A DNA stretch of 63,870 bases, the filler included, from Chrysochromulina tobinii (Eukaryota), in assembly GCA_001275005.1 (NCBI GenBank). It is 8 parts of 8 records of this genome, joined end to end, with 100 filler letters (N's around TTAATTAATTAA, not from the genome) between each part and the next. Parts side by side here need not be neighbours in the genome. Positions count along the whole stretch, not along the records: positions 20,833 to 28,059 come from JWZX01000931.1; positions 28,160 to 35,777 come from JWZX01000932.1; 6 more parts are not named here. One strand, written 5' to 3'. The notes beneath the pieces are model-generated. The model was not told the origin of the DNA and did no database searches. It was given only the letters and a program-made list of their open reading frames with translations. The translations under genes were made by a program, and so were the position numbers. Of this stretch, positions 22,960 to 34,023 are shown in pieces (position 1 is the first letter of the stretch; the number at the start of each line of letters is the position of its first letter).

Positions 22960-25900
22960 TCATTTCAGATGGGCCGGGCGGACAACGCCCGCGCCCTTGC
23001 GCTCGATGTCGTTGACCCAGGTTGGCAGCTTGCCGAGGCTGGTGCAGCCTCGGAGGCTGAGCCCGGTCAGGTTGCTCAGCTTGCGGCTGAAACCCTCCTC
23101 GAGCTCGGTGAGCGCGGAGCACCCATCGAGGCTTAGCGATTCGAGCTGGCTGGGGATGAGCGGGAACTGCACCTTGATCCTGGACAGCCTCTTGCAGTCG
23201 GAGACGTTGAGCGTGCGGAGCGAGGTCATCTCGAAGAGGTTCCACGGGATCTCCTCGAGAGTAGGCCAGCCCTGGAGGTCGACCGTCTCGAGCTGCTCCG
23301 CACGGAAGAGCGCCGACTCGTGCGCGTACCCGACGAGCCGGCCAATCACCATCTCGGGCGACTGCAGATGGCGCGCCAACTGGGACAACTTCTCGGTCTC
23401 CTCATCCGAGAGCGCGCGCTGGCGGAGCTTGAGATGGGTCATGTCGGGGAAGACTTTGACATTATCCCACGAGGAAGCATCTGCCTCGTCGCGCTTCTTC
23501 GGCTTCACCTTGTACAACACGTCGGGGAGCTCAAGCTCGAGGATGCGCAACGTCTCTGGCAGGCACTTGAGCGCCTCCTCGAACTGCGCCGTGTTCTTGG
23601 CGTCGCGCATCGAGATACGTAGGACCGTCAGGGGCGCCGTGCGCACCTCCTTGATCACCTTCTCGAGTGTCGACTGTCCTTCGCGGAACGCTCGCTGCAG
23701 CGCCTCGGCAGCGAGCCTCGCCTGCAGCAACCCATTGTACACGTCATACCCCTCGTGCTCCGCCGGCGGTTCCGCACTGAGGGCCTCCATAGTAATGCTG
23801 ATACTCCTCACGTCGAGGAGTGAGGCTGTGCGCTTCAAGTGCCACGCGCCCGCCGCGACCGCGCCCGCTACCCGGGCCTGCGACTGCGTGTACAGGTTCA
23901 CGAGCGCGTTGAGGATGTGCTTGCGATCGGCGTCGATGGTGGCCTCCGCCTTCTGTAGTTTGGATGAGAGCCCCGCGATGAGAGCATTGCTAGGGAAGAA
24001 GGTCTGCCGATAGTCGCGCTGCTCCTCGCTTTCGTAATGCTTGTAGTCACGCGTCGACACGGGGAGCTCGAGCGGCGCGGACGGATCGGTCATGCCTACC
24101 GCCTGCCGCTTCTCGTAACCGTCGCCCTTTGGATGGACGATGAAGAGGGGAGGCTCGTCCAGGCCGAATGCCGGGTACACGAGGTTGCCAGTGATGTTGT
24201 GGCTGCGCGCCGTGTACATGTCGAAGATGTACCCCTTCTCGACGGCTCTCTGGAGAGCGACTGCGATCTCGAAGCACACCCACAGCCTGCTGAACGCCTT
24301 CGCGCCCTTGTACGGCGCATTCGTGTCCAGGCTCTGCTTCGAGCGGTCGCGGTCGACGACGACGACACAACCCTTGGTGGCCTCGAGGGCGCGGAAAAAG
24401 GGCGAGCTGAACGGGTCGGCGGCGAGATGCTCTGAAACGTCCCATGGCGACATGGCGAGTGCACTCACCCAGTAGGTCGTCGTGTTCAGGTCGAGATTCC
24501 GGTCCTTTGCATGGCGCTCAAGGCACGCGAGGGTATCCACAAGCGGCTCGCCCCATCGATGCACCACATACCATTCCGGCCGCTGCGCGTCCTTGGCAAC
24601 GAGCTCTACAAACGAGCAGCGGCGCGCGCGCGTCGCCGGCTGGACGACATACGCGAGCACATCGTACATGGAGCACCTGTCCCACTCAAGCGGCGTGGAC
24701 GTACCGGTCTCGAGGCCAAGCTCGGCATTGACCTCCTCGTCGGTGGTGACCCAGCCCTCACTATTGCATCGGCGCTTGAGATGCACGATCAGCGAGCGCA
24801 GTTGCTGCAGCTGGATGCCGCGCATCGTCTGGTCTTGGATGGTGCACCCCTCGGGAGCCACCTTGGCTGCCTGTGCCATTGCGGACCGAGAACTCTGGTA
24901 GGGCACCTTGCCATCCGGCCCGATCCAAGTGGGGTGGAGAGCATCGACGAAGAGGTCCGAATGGGGCGCGTCGATGGGTTCCGTCAGTGCGAGGAGGGGC
25001 GATGCGCCTGAAGCCGACTCGAACGACTCCGCGAGCTTGCTCACGCCCGCCTTCCACTCGTCCTCCGTCAGAGTACCGTCGCCGTCCTTGTCGAGGATCT
25101 TCATGAGCTCGTCTACCGCTGCGGCGTCGTAGCCCTCGGCGAGGAGGAAAGCAAGCACCTCCTTGATGCTAGCCGAGCCGTCACCGTCCGTGTCGATGGC
25201 CTTGAGGCGTGCGAGGGCGCCTTCCATCTGCATGTGGCCCTTGCGGGTGTAGCTGGCCTTGTGATCGGCCTTGGTGTAGCCGGTGACCGCACCCACCTGC
25301 ATCTTCGTGCCCAGCTGCGAAGGGCCGCGGCCCGCCTTGATCATGGTCGCAAGCTCATCCATATCTAGTGATCCAGACGAGTCCGCGTCGTACGACTCAA
25401 AGACCTTTCGCGCCTCGAAGCGAGGGACGTCGTGGAGACCGAGCTCGACGAGCGCCGCCTCGAACTCGAACTGATCAATTGCTCCCGAGCCGTCCGAGTC
25501 GAACTTTTTGAACACGTCCATCATCTTGAGGTGGTTCTTGGCGGCCATCTGCTGCAGCAGGCGCGGGATGCGGAACTCCCAAGACAGATCCTCTACAGCG
25601 ACCTCCTCGACCTCGGCCTTCTTCTTGCGCAGCTTCTTGCGCACGGGCTTCTTCTTGGGCGGGCGCGGGGGAGGCTCGGCGGGCCCCGTGAGCCGCCGCC
25701 AGATCTCCATCTGAAAGTGCCCCCACACCTCCTCATGAGACACGGTCACGTATGGCACCGACCGCGCCGGTAACTCCTCGGCGAGTGGCTCCTCGGCGGA
25801 TAGCCCGGGCGGCGACAGCCTCCCTGTGAGTGCCCGTCGGGTGTAACGTCGGGTGCCGTTGGGCGCCATCACATTTCTGATGCCTTGACTCGCCGGCCGC

Positions 25901-26499
25901 GGCGCGCCGGCAGAAGCTAAGCTCGCGCCGGGCATCATCGGCGGCATCGCGTGAGCCTGCATGATCTGCACAAGCTCCGCGCAGGGCACCTCGCGCGCCG
26001 CCCGCACACGGTGCGAACCCGGCCGAGGAGACGGAGGCACCGGCACAAAGGTGCTCGGGTGCAGGTGCTCGAGCAGCGGCCGCGGCGCCGGCGGCGGCAC
26101 GTTGGCCAGGATGGCTGTGACTGGACGTGGCGGGTGCGCATCGATGAGGGCGGCGGTCGCGATGCGCACCTGGGCGGCGCTCATCATCATCGGGATGAGC
26201 GGCGGTGGCGGGTGCGACCCACGAGCGGCCTGAGAGGAGGCCGTGCGCGGCAACAGCGTGCGCGGCGGTAGCAATGATCCGGCATGCCCTCGTGCAGAGG
26301 CCGGCGATGATTGACTGCTCGGCGATGAGACAGGATGCTGCTGATGCTGGTGCTGCTGCCGGCTGTAAGCTTCTGCGTATTGGCGAGCAGCGCTGGGTCC
26401 AAACGTCGAAGTCAGACTGGTGAATGGTCGGTCGACGTCGTGGCGCTCGCGGCCCCAATCCGCTTTATAGATCATATTCTTGGATCTCAGGAACGCCAT
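22960..26499 (-). CDS. EF-hand + HET/TIR-like + LRR protein
   Basis: Four EF-hands (DSDGSGAIDQFE, DADSSGSLDMDE, DTDGDGSASIKE, DKDGDGTLTEDE). HET-like VVHRWG..YWVSALAMSPW..FSRLWVCFEI. C-terminal LRRs LxxLxLxGCxxLxxL. Confidence 0.85.
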   Translation of the reverse strand: MAFLRSKNMIYKADWGRERHDVDRPFTSLTSTFGPSAARQYAEAYSRQQHQHQQHPVSSPSSQSSPASARGHAGSLLPPRTLLPRTASSQAARGSHPPPPLIPMMMSAAQVRIATAALIDAHPPRPVTAILANVPPPAPRPLLEHLHPSTFVPVPPSPRPGSHRVRAAREVPCAELVQIMQAHAMPPMMPGASLASAGAPRPASQGIRNVMAPNGTRRYTRRALTGRLSPPGLSAEEPLAEELPARSVPYVTVSHEEVWGHFQMEIWRRLTGPAEPPPRPPKKKPVRKKLRKKKAEVEEVAVEDLSWEFRIPRLLQQMAAKNHLKMMDVFKKFDSDGSGAIDQFEFEAALVELGLHDVPRFEARKVFESYDADSSGSLDMDELATMIKAGRGPSQLGTKMQVGAVTGYTKADHKASYTRKGHMQMEGALARLKAIDTDGDGSASIKEVLAFLLAEGYDAAAVDELMKILDKDGDGTLTEDEWKAGVSKLAESFESASGASPLLALTEPIDAPHSDLFVDALHPTWIGPDGKVPYQSSRSAMAQAAKVAPEGCTIQDQTMRGIQLQQLRSLIVHLKRRCNSEGWVTTDEEVNAELGLETGTSTPLEWDRCSMYDVLAYVVQPATRARRCSFVELVAKDAQRPEWYVVHRWGEPLVDTLACLERHAKDRNLDLNTTTYWVSALAMSPWDVSEHLAADPFSSPFFRALEATKGCVVVVDRDRSKQSLDTNAPYKGAKAFSRLWVCFEIAVALQRAVEKGYIFDMYTARSHNITGNLVYPAFGLDEPPLFIVHPKGDGYEKRQAVGMTDPSAPLELPVSTRDYKHYESEEQRDYRQTFFPSNALIAGLSSKLQKAEATIDADRKHILNALVNLYTQSQARVAGAVAAGAWHLKRTASLLDVRSISITMEALSAEPPAEHEGYDVYNGLLQARLAAEALQRAFREGQSTLEKVIKEVRTAPLTVLRISMRDAKNTAQFEEALKCLPETLRILELELPDVLYKVKPKKRDEADASSWDNVKVFPDMTHLKLRQRALSDEETEKLSQLARHLQSPEMVIGRLVGYAHESALFRAEQLETVDLQGWPTLEEIPWNLFEMTSLRTLNVSDCKRLSRIKVQFPLIPSQLESLSLDGCSALTELEEGFSRKLSNLTGLSLRGCTSLGKLPTWVNDIERKGAGVVRPAHLK

Positions 26500-26789
26500 C
26501 TAGCAGATGGCCGTCCGCTTGTGCGGCACCATGCGTTGCTTGCAGGCACTGTAACGGGAGCTTCAAGTTTGACGGGCAAATCAGCATGCAATTTGTTTGA
26601 TGATTTCTCGAACCGCGTTCACCACCCAAAACGTCATCTCCTCCACTCCTACACAGCAAAAAAGTTTGACGAGTGTTTGCTAACAATTTGACTGCAATAT
26701 GAAAAAAATTCGTTTGAAAATTTGTCTGTCGCGCATAACAGACGGTTACAGACGGTTCAGCAACGGTTCAGCGGCAACGACTATAGCTC

Positions 26790-27536
26790 ATCGCGCGTTT
26801 GCCGCGGATCGCGCGGCGTGTCCCTAACCACGTGGCGCGAGCGTCAGCCGACCGTCGCTCGAGCGTTTTCCATGCGTTCGCCGCGGGCTGCGCGGCAATC
26901 CCCATCCGTGGCGCGAGCGTCAGCCGACCGTCGCTCGAGCGTTTTCCATGCGTTCGCCGCGGGCTGCGCGGCAATCCCAATCCGTGGCGCGAGCGTCAGC
27001 CGACCGTCGCTCGAGCGTTTTCCATGCGTTCGCCGCGGGCTGCGCGGCAATCCCCATCCGTGGCGCGAGCGTCAGCCGACCATCGCTCGAGCGTTTTCCA
27101 TGCGTTTGCCGCGGGCCGCGCGGCATCCCTAACCCCCCCCATCCGTGGCGCGAGCGTCAGCCGACCGTCGCTCGAGCGTTTGCCATGCGTTTGCCGCGGG
27201 CCGCGCGGCAATCCCCATCCGTGGCGCGAGCGTCAGCCGACCGTTGCTCGAGCGTTTGCCATGTGCGCGTTTGCCGCGGGCCGCGCGGCATCCCTAACCC
27301 CCCCCATCCGTGGCGCGAGCGTCAGCCGACCGTCGCTCGAGCGTTTTCCATGCGTTTGCCGCGGGCCGCGCGGCATCCCTAACCCCCCCCATCCGTGGCG
27401 CGAGCGTCAGCCGACCGTCGCTCGAGCGTTTGCCATGCGTTTGCCGCGGGCCGCGCGGCAATCCCCATCCGTGGCGCGAGCGTCAGCCGACCGTTGCTCG
27501 AGCGTTTGCCATGTGCGTTTGCCGCGGGCCGCGCGC
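26790..27536. repeat. GC-rich minisatellite of 9 units of 76-89 bp
   Basis: The unit core cgtggcgcgagcgtcagccgacc starts at 26831, 26907, 26983, 27059, 27144, 27220, 27309, 27394 and 27470. Confidence 0.95.
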
Positions 27537-27964
27537 GCTGTGAAGAAGCACCGCTGGCAGCGAGCTGGAGACCCGATCATTGGACTACTCTCGAGGTGCT
27601 AAAACACCTCGAAAGCTCCTTGCCGTGCTACATCCATCTCACCACAAGCAGCGCTCCTTCACAGCGCCGCTCTCTTGCCGCTCTGCTCTGCAGTTCTCGA
27701 CCGCTTAGACCGATCTGTTTGGGCCATCTTCATCAGGGTCTCGACGCAGGAGTCGATATCAACGCACTTGTAGCCGCCTGGAACATTCTTTGCGTAGCCT
27801 TCGAGGATACTGCCAGACAAGGTGAGAGGAGTGAGAGGAAGCAGAGACAAGGAGAGGAAGCAGAGAGGAAGCGCGCACTCAAGCTCATGGACAGGGTGGA
27901 AGCATTTCTCGCAGCTGCCCAGGAGAAGACCATAAGGACCTGAGCTTAGGAGGCGAGTCACCCT

Positions 27965-28059
27965 GGCTGGCTGGGCCGGCGGAGGCGCGGGCGCCGGCTG
28001 GGCCGGCGGCGGGGGCGCGGGCGCCGGCTGGGCCGTCGGCAGGGGCGCGGGCGCCGGCT
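27965..28059. repeat. GC-rich ~31-bp tandem repeat at the contig end
   Basis: ggcgcgggcgccggct(gggccg) occurs three times. Confidence 0.7.
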
Positions 28060-28159
28060 NNNNNNNNNNNNNNNNNNNNNNNNNNNNNNNNNNNNNNNNN
28101 NNNTTAATTAATTAANNNNNNNNNNNNNNNNNNNNNNNNNNNNNNNNNNNNNNNNNNNN

Positions 28160-31100
28160 GAGAGCTGCCGAGCATCAGGCCCTCGACTATCGACTGAGCG
28201 CCCTCCGCACAGACGTGATTGCTTTGCATGCGCAGTGCGCGGATGGGAAGCCTGCCGGCGCTGATAGCGCGGCCGAGGGCGTTCGCGCCATCGTCACCGA
28301 TGGCATTCTTCTTGAGATGGATGAGGGGTTGAGCAAGAGGAGCTCGGAAAGGAGCATGAGCTCGGCATCTCCGAAGAACTCGTGGCACATCTCGAGCATC
28401 GAGCGCACCTGTGTGGAGGCGCGGGGCGCCGTGGTGAGCACTCGCATGCAGGGCTCGTGGCGCATCTCGAGCAATCAAGAGCGTACCTCATGAACCTTAA
28501 TGGAGTAGTGCTCGGTGGTCGCGACCGTCTTGCGGCTGCCCGATTTGGATTCCTTTGACGAGCTCGTCATCGACGCCCATCCAACCATCATTGGCAAAGA
28601 GTGGCCACCAGAGGCAAACAAGAAGGCAAACAAGAGAGAGCAATCAGAGAGCAATCAGAGAGCAATCAGAGAGCAATCAGAGAGCAACCAGAGAGCAACC
28701 AGAGAGCATCGGTGGCCATCGGTGACACTCACTTTGACGAGCTTGCCAATGCCTTCATCGTAAATATGGTTGTTCGAGACGGAGAGCGAGACCCACTTGG
28801 CCGCCTCGCCTCACAACTGCTTCTCAAGCCGGTCGACGTCGTCAGGTCTAGCTCACGCAATCCGTGCCACTCCTCGCCCCAGCTGCCTGGCGGCTTCCAC
28901 ACCTTGACCATCTTGTCGATGCCGCTCGAGAAGAGCGTTCCTTCGGGCGTGAGGCACAGGTTGGCCACCGTCTCGCGGTGGCCGCCCGATCTCCTCGTCG
29001 TACTGGAGCATCCAGATGGCCCCTTTATGACCGACCAGAGTCCCCCTGCACTGATGTTGGTCCTCGCCCGGACCCACCTGATCAGGGATGCAATCATCGG
29101 TCAGTCGTGCCCTGCCATGGCCGTCTACGGCCATGGGCAGCCCCAACCGTCCACAGCTTGATCTCGCCCGTGCGGCAATCAACAGCAATCAACGACCATC
29201 AACGGCAATCAACGGCACCTTCCAAGGCTTGATCTCGCCCTTGCGGTCGCCCTCTAGAGCATTTCGCCGAGCAGCTTGAGCGAGAGTACGCCCATCTCGT
29301 GCCCCTTGAGCACCGCCTCACAGCGAAGGTCGGAGCGGCGCCACTTGCGGATCGTCTGATCCTGCGAGCCCGAGTACATGTACTTCTCATCGTGTAGCAG
29401 CGTCTCACCCCAATTCGTGTGCGCGTTGAGCGTCGCACCGCACCGCAGCCGTTGCGGCATGTGCTCCACCGTGCATGCATCGGTGGCCGCCGCAAGCAGC
29501 GCCTCGATTGCGTCACTCCCCATTTCATTCCAGCGCATGTCGAGCATGTCAAGCGGCGCCGCTGATGGCCACTGATTACAGCTCGCAATCGCCATGGCGA
29601 GCTTGTGAGCGTCTTTGTTGCCCCAGCAGTTGCCAAAGATGCGCAGGTCCTTGAGCATGCATGCGGGCTTCGTGAGCGCCTCACACAGCGCCTCGACCGC
29701 GACCGAGGTGTACTCACCCCACCCCTTCCAATTCACGCCGCATCTGAGAGGCAGCCCAGAGAGCATCAGTGGTGGCGATCGGGGGCACTCAGGCGCACTC
29801 AGCCCCTGCACTTGTTTGGGCTTGGGGGGCGCACAGTTGGTTTTGGCCGAGCTTGAGGGAGCGCAGTGGGCTGCCTGCGGTCGTAAGCCACTTGCACACG
29901 ACCGCCACAGCAACCATCGAGTACTTGCACATCGCCTTCGGCGGTCAGCCCGCAGATCTGCGGCAAACAGCGACCATCAACAGCCATCAACAACCATCAA
30001 TAGCACTCAGCGGCCCTCAGCGGCACTCAGTGGCCTTAAGTGGGCCTCAGCGGCACTCAGCGCACCTGGTTGTCGCTCAGGTCCAGTAGCGAGGTCGGGC
30101 TGTGCGCCACCATGAGCCCTTCGAGGAGCGCGACAGCGCCGTCGCGTCCAATCTTATTGCCGCGCAGATTGAGCCGTTGGATACACACCCGCCCCGAGGA
30201 GATTGATCTCGCAAGGAGGCTGGCACCTTTCTCGGTGATGGCATTGTACCCGATGGACATGCTCGGGATCATGACGGTCATCTGCTTGAGGGGAGAGACG
30301 GCGGGGCTGGCTACGGGGCTGGGCGTGTACGAGACGTAGCCACTCGAAGCTTTACAGCCAGCGCCGCCATCGCCGCCAGCGCCGCCAGCGCCGCCAGCGA
30401 CGCCAACGCAGCTTCCCTTCGGCACGCCGACCCTGCCGCCGAGTGCGCTGCCCACCACGACCACCTCGCTGCCAGTTTCGTCATCGAGCGCATCAGGCCT
30501 CTGGGCATTCGAGACGACGACCTCGAGGATCAGCTGCAGGTCGAAGTCAGTGAGCTTCTGGCCGTCGATCTCGATGTCACCTCCCGCCATGAGCTGCTAG
30601 ATCGGGAGCGGGTGAGAGGCGAGCTGTACGAATTGGATCGAGTCCGAGGCGACCAGCGCACGCGCGAGCTCGGAGATGCCGCTCTCTTCGAGCGCGTTGC
30701 CCGAGATGTCGAACCGCTCGAGCGCCATGACGGGCACCTGACGAGGAAAGGAATCAGACGTTTCTAAAGGAAGGGGTGATACGCTGCAATCAAGTGACAA
30801 TCAAGTGACAATCAAGGCCAATCAAGGCCAATCAAGGCCAATCAAGGCCAATCAAGGCCAATCAAGGTCCAGAGCCCATCAGAGCCCATCCATGACAATG
30901 AAGGGCCCTTAATCAAGGGCCCATGATTGTGCCAAGAGCTCACCGAGAAGATTTTGGTGAGCTCTACCAGCCCCTCATCCGCAATCTTATTGCCCGACAG
31001 ATCGAGCTCTTTCAAGCGGATGGGCGAGCTCTGGATCTCGACCACCAGCGGCAGCAGGGGCGCGACTTGAGCCCGCAGCTCGCGAGCTGCACAGAGACGA

Positions 31101-31203
31101 GCGACGGTGAATCGCGGAGCACGGCGGAGAGGCCGCGGAGCACGGCGGAGAGGCCGTGCAGCCCCGCGTGTTCCGCCGCGGGCGTAGCCGAAGTGAGCAC
31201 CAT
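28160..31203 (-). CDS. Multi-exon RI-type LRR + WD40 protein, 3'-incomplete, with apparent frameshifts
   Basis: LRRs LKELDLSGNKIADEG, LNLRGNKIGRDGA and KKNAIGDDGA. WD40 units MYSGSQDQTIRKW and LFSSGIDKMVKVW. Repeat-filled introns. Confidence 0.65.
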
Positions 31204-31277
31204 GCGACGTAGTGAGAGGCGCTGCAGCGTCGGGTGTCCGGCGATGCCCGCTCAAAGCTGTTGTAACCACTCCGCGC

Positions 31278-31680
31278 TCACGTACGACTTACCGTCGCCG
31301 ATCTCGAGAGCTGTCGCACGAGTGAGTATCGAGGGCGGTGGGCGGAGAGTGAGGGCGTCGAGATGCGATGCAGCACATCCTGATGCATCAGCACGCAGCG
31401 TGCCGGCTGCGGCTGGACGAGCAGCCCGACGACCGTGTCGGCGTCCCAGAAGAGCGTCTCTGCGTCCCACTCGGGCCACCACTCTTGATCGAGGTACACG
31501 AGCAGCGACACGAGCAGCGGCTTGCCTCGCGTACCATTCTCGTACAGCCCATACGTGCTCAGCCAGTGACTCCCTGCGGGGAAGCTGGCTGGGTCGGCAT
31601 CCACGTGCCATTGGAATGCATCGCCCCAGACTGGTGCGTTCGCGACAAAGGAAGTGGCGTGGTACGAGGCGGACCCAGCA
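31278..31680 (-). CDS. 2OG-Fe(II) oxygenase (prolyl-hydroxylase-like) fragment
   Basis: FQWHVDADP (HxD), VSLLVYLD..W..AETLF, P.PARCVLM.QDVLHR and RPRYSLV. The frame is closed upstream by an in-frame TGA at about 31684. Confidence 0.7.
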
Positions 31681-31749
31681 GCTCAGAAACACTCCACGTG
31701 GAGCTCAACATGGCGCTGCTGCACAAGGTGAAGGATGAGGAGGCGGCGG

Positions 31750-31845
31750 TTCAGGTTCAACAGTTCAGGTCGAGACTCGAGAGCACATTCAATAGGCTTC
31801 CGTTAGGTTGTCTGTTGTTTATGTAGTACATGTAACTGAACTGAA
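31750..31845 (+). repeat. Copy 3 of the short dispersed element, with TTCAG/CTGAA flanks
   Basis: ttcaggttcaacagttcagg..gagcacattcaataggcttccgttaggttgtctgttgt..actgaactgaac. Confidence 0.7.
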
Positions 31846-32219
31846 CAACTCTCCTATCAGATGCCAAAAACTCCGCTCAGCACGTACCGACACCAGAAAG
31901 TCCCCTTGTGTCCAAAGACGCACACGCTCATGTTCTCGAATCATGTTCGTCTAGAACGGACGTCCTCGGGCGGCCCCCGGACCGCGAAGCCCCGCGGAAT
32001 CGCGCGCCCGCCGACTCACACCCTTTTGAGCGCGTGCGCGCTTACATCCCCCCTCCCGAAACAGTCTCTTCTCGTCTTATGTTCACGTTTTGCTTCGGGG
32101 TCCCATACTCGGACAAGTTTTGACATACACCCGGATCGGGGCAATAAGCCCAGGTCCCGAAGGTCGAGCAAGGTGCAACTGGAGCCGGAGTAGCAGGTTC
32201 AGTGCCTCGTTCCACTCCT

Positions 32220-33821
32220 TCCATGTGGCGCGCTCGCATCGGAACCAAAGACCTTGCCTGCACACGCTGCACGACATGCGAGCCGAAAAGCGTCCCAGGG
32301 TACAAGGTTTGGACCCTTGAAGGAAATGCAACGCCGCTGGAATTGGAGCTGGAACGTGTTCGCGGCATTTGTGCCAAGGTGGCGCTCGAGAACGCAGCGA
32401 TCTGTTCACTAATCCCAAAGCTGCGCAAGGACTTTGCGAGTGTGAAGGCCTCGGCTGCAGACGCGCAGATCAAGTGCGCCAGGGATGCGAGAGAGACGGC
32501 TGAGAGATGCATTCTGATGCGAGCTGAGCTCGATCGCCTCAGGACAATCAGACTTGAGGGAGAGGATGTAATGGTCGAGTCACTGGTCAAGCCGCTGCTG
32601 GAAAACTTGAGTCAAAACTTGCGACTCGAGCTGGAATCGAAGCTTTCCATTTCTGAGGGATCAAATCGGACCTCCCTGGCCGATACGGTGCAGCACATGC
32701 GAAATGAGCAAAAGTCGTTCCAGGACTCGTTCCTGGCTTCGCTCCAGGCGCTCCAGGCGCAGCAAGATGAACAGATTACCAAGCAGAAGCTCCACCTGGA
32801 AAGGCTCACGTCGAGGCTCAAGGCTTTCGAAGGCGTGGCCGAAGAAGAGAGCAAAGCTCTCGCAAGCAAGCTTGCGGCTGAGAAAGAGGAGCGCGACGAG
32901 CTGCAGAACCGCGTGGCCAGACTCGAAAGCCGTCTGGCAGCGCAGGACCAATTGATCGCGAGTCAAGCCGAGCAGCTTCGAGTTCAAGCCGAGCAGACCC
33001 CTCGCCTGCCCGGGCGTGAGATGCACGACCACGTCTTGGGTGGCGACTATTACCAGCCGGCGTTCCCACGGGAGTTCTACAGCCGGGCCCACGCAACGCA
33101 GAACATTCATCGCATGGGAGGAGGCACTAACCGGTTCCAACAGCCGCCGCCTGAGCCAGTGCGGGTGCCCATGTCCTTTGCCGATGACGACGAAGTCTTT
33201 CTTGACGACGTCCGCTGCTCGTCCTCTCTCGATGATCAGCACACCCCCAGGGCTGGGGCGGCCAGCCAGGCCTTGAAGCGCCACAGCCCTTTAGGCTTTG
33301 CACCGGTGATTATAAAACCGAGTCCAAGAGCGCTCGCACGTTCGGGCGAGCTGCCCCCAGTCGGGCAGCTCCAGCAGCAGTTGGCAGCAGCACAGCAGCA
33401 ACTGGCAGATGCAGTGGCAGCAGCTTCGACCATGGCTTCGACGCACTCGCCACAGCCGCCGCCGTCGCCGCCAGTGGCTGCGTGGCCCACCACGTCCGCC
33501 TCTCGATCACCCCCCCAACGAAGCTTCGATGACGATGACTCCCAGCAAGGCTCCGCAGCGGGACCTGCGAGGGGCGGCTCGAGGGATGACTTCGGATCAT
33601 CAGTGGGGCTTGCGAGGGGTGACTCTGGAGGGCGACGCGGAACAAGTTCAGCTTCAGGTCTTTACCCAGGCCGCGCTTCTGATGATCACCGTCCAGCGCG
33701 CACCGTTGTTCCAATCGATGAGATTCTCGCCCTCGTCTCGCCAGAAGGCAGGACCTCTGCTGCTGGTTGGCAGGGCAAGACCTCATCACGGCCACCTAGC
33801 AGGTCGTCGCGTAGTCAGTAG
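32220..33821 (+). CDS. Coiled-coil protein with a disordered C-terminus
   Basis: Long ORF with heptad-like E/Q/L/K-rich middle and S/P/G-rich tail. Start uncertain. Confidence 0.65.
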   Translation, partial: SMWRARIGTKDLACTRCTTCEPKSVPGYKVWTLEGNATPLELELERVRGICAKVALENAAICSLIPKLRKDFASVKASAADAQIKCARDARETAERCILMRAELDRLRTIRLEGEDVMVESLVKPLLENLSQNLRLELESKLSISEGSNRTSLADTVQHMRNEQKSFQDSFLASLQALQAQQDEQITKQKLHLERLTSRLKAFEGVAEEESKALASKLAAEKEERDELQNRVARLESRLAAQDQLIASQAEQLRVQAEQTPRLPGREMHDHVLGGDYYQPAFPREFYSRAHATQNIHRMGGGTNRFQQPPPEPVRVPMSFADDDEVFLDDVRCSSSLDDQHTPRAGAASQALKRHSPLGFAPVIIKPSPRALARSGELPPVGQLQQQLAAAQQQLADAVAAASTMASTHSPQPPPSPPVAAWPTTSASRSPPQRSFDDDDSQQGSAAGPARGGSRDDFGSSVGLARGDSGGRRGTSSASGLYPGRASDDHRPARTVVPIDEILALVSPEGRTSAAGWQGKTSSRPPSRSSRSQ

Positions 33822-34023
33822 CGCGCCATGGCGCCGATGCGCGATGGGCATGGCGTACCGATGCCATCCGTAGCGACGCGAGCGCCGAGCGCGCGGGCGG
33901 CGTGTGGATGCAGTGGATGCCATCAACGCACGCGTCATGCAATGCCATGATTTTCGAATACGCGTGATAAACATGGACGCACACAGAAAACGAAAGACAC
34001 CGCAGCACGCTTCGCGCTGCGAT

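Noticed and set aside
26790..27536. Possible CRISPR array
   Set aside because: Units are repeated end to end with no unique spacers, no cas genes are present, and the context is eukaryotic.
26722..27943. ORFs spanning the minisatellite
   Set aside because: They are translations of a stop-free GC-rich repeat with no protein-like features.
31684..31686. In-frame TGA as selenocysteine (also at 8619-8621)
   Set aside because: No SECIS element was identified and there is no Cys-homologous context. Decay, frameshift or an intron is simpler.
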